Shown in pieces: positions 62,014 through 64,000 of a stretch of 64,000 nt of DNA (its first letter is position 1; each line of letters begins with the position of its first letter). The DNA lies in contig CM049887.1 of the NCBI GenBank assembly GCA_027474245.1, positions 20,751,762-20,815,761 of the forward strand, written 5' to 3'. A model generated the notes under the pieces. It did not search any database. It was not told where the DNA came from and saw nothing but the letters and a program-made list of their open reading frames with translations. Source of the DNA: Spheniscus humboldti (taxonomy: Eukaryota). Made by a program: the position numbers and the translations under genes.

Positions 62014-62489
62014 GTATGTTGAATATTGTGGTTTAGTACCTACTTGAAAATTTTGCAGTTGTCCAATTACAGATTCTTTGCTGAATCATGTCTTTGTTAG
62101 GAAACTCCTTTTTACTCCTTTTTATTTTGACCATACATTTGATAATTTTTAAAAACAACTATTGTTTCTTCAAATATGTGCTATGGCTTCAGTAAAACAG
62201 CTATTTGTCTTTCAGGTGGTTTTCTTTTTTTTTTTTTTTGTAAAAGATTGATTTATTCAGTTACTATTGATCAGTTTTTGCCAGAAATTAAGGAATTATT
62301 GAAAGTTTGACATTTCATATCATAGTTCCATTTTTCCTTACACTTTATCAAAACCAAATAGTAGTTTCTGTGTTAGCGTTTGGTTTCAGTGTGCCTAAAC
62401 ACCAGTTAAATTATTGTTTTGGAAAACATAGGCTTTAATGATGTCACTAAAGCTAGTTTGTGGTTTTTCTGGTTTTGGGGTTTTTTTAG

Positions 62490-62654
62490 GATATTTTTGT
62501 AATAAGTGTTGGAAACTTACCTCCGAATTCTACAGTTGTGATCAAAATCACCTATATCACTGAACTGAGTTTTCAGCATGGTTGTATCACCTTTCATATG
62601 CCTGCTTCTGTGTCACCATGGCAACAGGATAAAGCCTTAAATGAAAACACGCAG
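62490..62654 (+). CDS. PARP4: PARP4 coding exon, VIT domain (DIFVISVGNLPPNSTVVIKITYITELSFQHGCITFHMPASVSPWQQDKALNENTQ)
   Basis: Acceptor ttttttag at 62488-89 and donor CAG|GTTTGT at 62654/55. Matches human DVFTVSVGNLPPKAKVLIKITYITELSILGTVGVFFMPATVAPWQQDKALNENLQ. Confidence 0.9.
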
Positions 62655-63494
62655 GTTTGTTAAAATACAATCTTAAAACAGCATCTTCTTATTTTGAAGC
62701 AAAAGTTCTGTGCCTAGGGGATTGTAGTTATACAAGAGGTTTCAGTAAGTTTATGATTGTTTTCCTTTTCATTTCTTCTCTTTTGTTAGAAGATAATTGT
62801 TTGTAACCATTCTTGTCATAAAGCAACATGAACACAAACTTAGGAACGCTGTGATTGGTAGAAAGCCTCTAACTGTCTCTGAGGATGTATTTGCTCCTGC
62901 AGGACGTAGAAAGTTGACTTGAATTGGCATATTAGATCTCATCTTTTGAGTGATCTGCTAGTTTTGTGCTGCTGTTCCTCCTTTGGCTTGCAAACACATT
63001 GTATTATCTCAATCATGAAACAGCAGCTGAGCATCTGCTGAACACTCTGCTATTATCCTTCTATGCTTCAGGGACAAGGTTGCCCATCTGTTTCTTTGGA
63101 TGCCCTTGATGGCTCCTGAATTCTCCAAGTGGAATGGGAGGTCAGCTCTGTGTTTAAATGCTGGCAAAGAACCAGAGATGGTCCTTGTGATCCTAGTCCC
63201 TGTGAGATACTCTATACCATATAGCGCTATTGTATGTCTGACGGTTCAACAATCACGCCTTCTACTCCATAGCTGTATTATACTGAGTTCTGAAGTTCAC
63301 TGTGTCATTGGGAGAGAAACATGCACACGTTCATCTGAATTTTAGCTACTATGATGCTCAGATTATGAGCTCTATGATTAAATGAAGTAGAGGCTTCCAT
63401 GCAATCCCAACTTAGTGATATAGTAAGAGAAAGATGCTCCAGGGTGATAAAAGTGTCAGGAATTACATACACTGAAGAGGCAGATGAAATATTG

Positions 63495-64000
63495 AAGAGG
63501 TAAACAAACTATTCTATAAGCAGCTGGGAGAAGTCTCACGATCACTAGCCCGTGTTCTCATGGGGGACTCCAACTTACCAGATGTCTGCTGGAAATACAA
63601 TACAGCGGAGAGGAAACAGTCTAGGAAGTTCCTGCAGTGTGTGGAAGATAACTTCCTGACACAGTTGGTGAGTGAGCCAACTAGGGAAGGTGCCCTGCTA
63701 GACCTGTTGTTTATGAACAGAGAAGGACTTGCGGGTGATGTGATGGTTGGAGGCCGTCTTGGGCATAGCAATCACGAAATGATAGAGTTTTTGATTCTTG
63801 GAGAAGTAAGGAGGGTGGTCAGCAGAAGTGCCACCTTGGACTTCCAGAGGGCAGACTTTGGCCTGTTTAGGAGCCTGGTTGACAGAGTCCCTTGGGAGGC
63901 AGTCCTGAAGGGCAAAGGAGTCCAGGAAGGCTGGACATTCTTCAAGAAGGAAATCTTAAAGGTGCAGGAGCAGGCCGTCCCTATGTGCCGAAAGATGAGC
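63495..64000 (+). mobile_element. CR1 LINE, 5'-truncated copy running off the window end, sense orientation in a PARP4 intron
   Basis: Reads ...[161 protein letters not shown]. This is colinear with 59440-59950 of the intact copy. Confidence 0.85.

Noticed and set aside
1-64000. Prokaryotic-style novel system (defence island, operon, CRISPR)
   Set aside because: The window is vertebrate nuclear DNA: spliced multi-exon genes with GT-AG introns, a CpG-island promoter, and CR1/LTR interspersed repeats. There are no operon-like ORF arrays, no CRISPR repeats, and no tRNA or rRNA genes.

Overview
Vertebrate (avian, chicken-like) nuclear genomic DNA, not prokaryotic. It holds three multi-exon protein-coding genes and a heavy load of CR1 LINE retrotransposons; I found no defence-system-like content.

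Gene layout, by exon-level homology to human proteins:
- RNF17-like Tudor-domain gene: 3' terminal exons on the + strand at roughly 1.1-10.0 kb.
- CENPJ/CPAP: minus strand, about 12.39-31.45 kb, convergent with RNF17. Fifteen coding exons were located, including the conserved 1.6-kb giant exon and the C-terminal G-box/TCP10 exons. One exon expected between 14.1 and 16.6 kb was not found.
- GC-rich CpG island at about 31.27-32.23 kb. It looks like a shared bidirectional promoter for CENPJ (-) and PARP4 (+).
- PARP4 (vault PARP): + strand from about 32.0 kb to beyond the window end. Eighteen coding exons were located, covering the BRCT, PARP catalytic and VIT regions.

Repeats: at least seven CR1 copies, recognised by endonuclease/RT ORF remnants and (ATTCTATG)n 3' tails. 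One is a nested insertion; one is a 2.65-kb copy with an uninterrupted 831-aa ORF2. There are also two related solo-LTR-like elements and several microsatellites.

Most notable observations:
- The intact-ORF CR1 coincides exactly with a PARP4 intron that splits a conserved coding segment. Its GT donor and AG acceptor come from the element's own termini.
- The PARP4 coding sequence as given has two frame-breaking indels and a non-canonical donor.
- The RNF17/CENPJ/PARP4 arrangement implies an inversion relative to human.

Coordinates are from manual phase-checked splice-site tracing and may be off by a few nt.
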